In this document: positions 26,701-28,332 of the stretch, one piece after another | Numbering within the stretch: position 1 is the stretch's first letter | Layout: every line of letters begins with the position of its first letter | DNA from: Gemmatimonadota bacterium | Lineage (GTDB): Bacteria > Latescibacterota > UBA2968 > UBA8231 | Assembly: GCA_038153405.1 (NCBI GenBank) | Contig: JAYOYH010000022.1 | Coordinates: 1-28,332, forward strand | Length of the DNA: 28,332 nucleotides | Reading direction: 5' to 3' | Position numbers and translations under genes: made by a program | The notes under the pieces: model-generated | Told to the model about the DNA's origin: nothing | What the model saw: only the letters and a program-made list of their open reading frames with translations | Database searches by the model: none

Positions 26701-26806
26701 ATTCGATGCGAACCTCTTGGCCCCACGCCGTCGCGCTGAAAAATGCCGTTAGCGTCGCAAAAAAACCGCGCAAGATCATCGGCAAAGCGTTCCTCGTTGC
26801 CTTCAT
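23726..26806 (-). CDS. Large (~1026 aa) secreted protein with Ig-like N-terminal domains and a predicted large outer-membrane beta-barrel
   Basis: ATG 26806 overlaps the upstream TGA (ATGA) with GGAGG RBS; signal peptide ending ATAWG-Q; GRLAYFARG..LLTSSYDS..YPIYGDAS motif; long run of amphipathic beta-strands ending GPYVKVQIKF. Confidence 0.8.
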   Translation of the reverse strand: MKATRNALPMILRGFFATLTAFFSATAWGQEVRIESPPHDRLLVEERIDVQAVGAANSTLLLLHNDQIVASQQTDGAGRAYFADVQLPLGPSLWVVQQQRMPDATDSVKVHVAGPVAEVKIDDAFLRIPADTLAQHEVFVFVRDAWGKNAGAGQAVTVQLERGELANEDLLPDEPGTQLAVDNGQVVLRIRPSAQPGPSRLVVGAGSVEDTQTLYFTTRETEWNIVGMADGQLGWNDKNAPAGSSGAADLEEGAYANGRLAYFARGTLGDRWLLTSSYDSDRYYDSQVFRFLRPEQVYPIYGDASSIFYEAPTMSKLYARLERDQTYLQYGDFATRLSQAELTSYQRVFTGVSAQTRTQRLITRAFAAQTQQTTQVDQIRGEGISGLYDLSAQARRLEIVEGSEQVVLQVRDRLHPEKVLQERRQYRYKDYDVDYQAATLLFKRPIASYDADENPQFIVVTYETKQVIDEQWVSGAHVYLDGGERWGLGTTAVNEERPGGDYLLAGLEGRVRFSDALALSSEVGRSRLRGQEDAWAWKVEGQGALGGRAGYELYYRDAQGRYLNTSSTTARPGERKVRGRLHWRVADRLKLVGEAYQTDSDLTGQERRSGSLSGQMNWGAVSQTMSIESTRLSGGGAATANSTTLNGGLEWAANERLRLGVERDQTLGDEQLNYRPTLNRINGRWKLRDQVEFVVEHAFRDESLWKSSYTNWGIESTLIEDLNMYARYQLDSGLRREQNQAIVGLKHRYSVTDEWTFDTTFERMRTLRGTGANDFTAYSIATQYLPADPLKASARFERRDGRSTDKMVITSAGDWSIARTWSMLAKHTFLDESQLNRTTSRMEPIRRHQLSLGLAHRPYSNDVINAILKYELKSESNQRQQGDAQKTSHIGSVETIVQPLASLEWYARYTFKLNRVRTGRVEAQALTDLWSTHLRYEWTQRWDTLAELRILNQYEQDNLNYGSAIEAGYIALKNTRLALGYNLAGSEDRELSNASYWARGPYVKVQIKFSERDIASPLGGLNNGVQ

Positions 26807-28332
26807 CGCCCGTCCTCCCTGCCGGCCCCGCCAAGCGGCTCCTCGCACCACATACCCTCCACCTCGTAGTGAACGAACGTCTCCGGCAGTTCACCCGAAG
26901 GGCCATCGACTCGGTACTGCAGCACCAGCCGTGCTCCCGGTGCCACATCGTGCCACACCTTCACGACACGCCCTTCGCTGTGCAGCAGGGATGGGTCGTC
27001 GCCGCCCAGCCCGACCTCTCCACTCCAGTATTCGCCCAAATGCACCAGAGGTAGCGGCTTCAGACCGCGGTATGTCAGTTCAACGGTGCGCGTGCCGCCG
27101 CCCGCTGCCTGCTCGTAAACGGTCCACTGCCACCACGGCTCGGCATCCACCGGCACCGACAGCGTATCGGCTTGTAGCTGGCGCTGCCCCGATTGGGTGC
27201 GCAGAACCGCCGTGAGCACCTCTTGGCCCGCCCGGCGTTCGGCAACGCGTATCGTCGCCTGCTGGCGCAGGGTGTCGGGCGAACTGATCGACCACGAATT
27301 CGCATCTCCCTCGCTTTCCAGCGCCAGCGTTGCATCCCGCTGGACGAGCGACGGGCGCGCGCTCTGGGCCTCCATTTCCCATACCCACCGCGAACCAATG
27401 CGCGCAACCACACCCTGGCCTGCCGCCGACGTATCCGCCTCGGCGTAGCCGGCAACCCAGCGATCGGCCAACGGCGATGCATCGAGCAAGTGCCAGTTCA
27501 GACCCGAGGCCATTGGCGGTAACCAATCGTTCATATCCTCAATCCGACCGGCTGCGCGGACCACGTCGCTGTCGCGCGGCTGCAAGGTGCGCTCGATCGG
27601 CGTTGGATAGCCTGTTTTTAGACCCTGCACCAAGTCGATAGAACGCCGCTCGGCGGGCGCGTAGGTAACGAGATTCAATGCGTGCATTTGCGGGGCAACA
27701 AACTCGACCTCCACGCGGCGATTGCGCGCGCGACCATCCTCTGTGGCGTTGTCGGCTAGTGGGCGCTCGTCGCCGTAGCTAACGGTACTCAGCTGCGATG
27801 GACGAACCCCCAGTGCCACCAGTGCGTCGACTACACCCTGCGCGCGCGCCAGGGCTAGTGTGCTGTTGTCGGCGTGCGAGTGCGTCGGTCGCTGCGCATC
27901 GGCATGGCCTTCGACGACCGCGCTTAATGCCGGAGTGGACAGCAGCGGTGCCGCAATCTCACTCAGCGTGCGACGGGCCTCGTCGCTAGCAGCATCCACA
28001 CCGCTGGCAAAGTGCAATAGGCGCTTCTCAGGCCACTGTATGGCCACTTCTACGCGGCGATTCTTAGCGCGCCCAGTCTCGGTGGCGTTGTCGGCCGCAG
28101 GCTGGCTCGCACCGCGCCCGACCACTTCTATGCGATCAGCCGCCACGCCGCGCCACTGCAGTTTCTGCGCGATGGTCGCTGCACGGTCCGTGCTCAGGTC
28201 TCGGTTGTCGTAATACTGCGCGTTGAAGATGGGCTCGGAGTCGGTGTGCCCCTCCAGGCGCACGCGCGCAGCCGGCAGGTCGGACAGATACTCGGCCAGT
28301 GCGTCAATGCGCGGTCTGTCCTCGCGCCCGAC
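26803..28332 (-). CDS. Multi-domain protein with tandem OmpA C-like peptidoglycan-binding domains (3' part; 5' end beyond the window)
   Basis: Frame open from 28332. Two OmpA_C domains: EGHTDS..N..LS..RA..GRG...P.ADNAT..GRAKNRRVEV and EGHADA..N..LA..RA..SYGDERPLADNAT..GRARNRRVEV; beta-rich C-terminal region. Confidence 0.9.
   Translation of the reverse strand, partial: VGREDRPRIDALAEYLSDLPAARVRLEGHTDSEPIFNAQYYDNRDLSTDRAATIAQKLQWRGVAADRIEVVGRGASQPAADNATETGRAKNRRVEVAIQWPEKRLLHFASGVDAASDEARRTLSEIAAPLLSTPALSAVVEGHADAQRPTHSHADNSTLALARAQGVVDALVALGVRPSQLSTVSYGDERPLADNATEDGRARNRRVEVEFVAPQMHALNLVTYAPAERRSIDLVQGLKTGYPTPIERTLQPRDSDVVRAAGRIEDMNDWLPPMASGLNWHLLDASPLADRWVAGYAEADTSAAGQGVVARIGSRWVWEMEAQSARPSLVQRDATLALESEGDANSWSISSPDTLRQQATIRVAERRAGQEVLTAVLRTQSGQRQLQADTLSVPVDAEPWWQWTVYEQAAGGGTRTVELTYRGLKPLPLVHLGEYWSGEVGLGGDDPSLLHSEGRVVKVWHDVAPGARLVLQYRVDGPSGELPETFVHYEVEGMWCEEPLGGAGREDGR

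Overview
GC-rich (about 60-65% in the lines spot-counted) bacterial chromosomal segment, densely coding, with no rRNA, tRNA, CRISPR array or transposase recognised. Positions 1-23.7 kb hold mainly catabolic and carbohydrate-related enzymes: a DUF4432 epimerase-like gene, an aldo/keto reductase, two PhyH-type Fe/2-oxoglutarate dioxygenases (one fused to HEAT repeats), a two-domain esterase, two MDR dehydrogenases, GH29 fucosidase, SGNH, NUDIX, HemJ-like, cyclase, aminotransferase, Gfo/Idh/MocA, EamA, amidohydrolase, GH172, ankyrin, an Asp-box/Kelch propeller and a HAD hydrolase. This gene content is reminiscent of Latescibacterota/Poribacteria-type heterotrophs (inference only). An AT-richer islet (~1.6-2.47 kb) carries a secreted stand-alone DUF4329/JAB-like gene and abuts a decayed DUF5060/DUF4038-type pseudogene. 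The right end holds the 3' part of an operon encoding a tandem-OmpA protein translationally coupled to a ~1026-aa predicted outer-membrane beta-barrel with a segment resembling the T9SS translocon SprA. That pair is the best candidate here for an uncharacterised envelope export/assembly system. All family calls come from motif recognition by eye, not from database searches.
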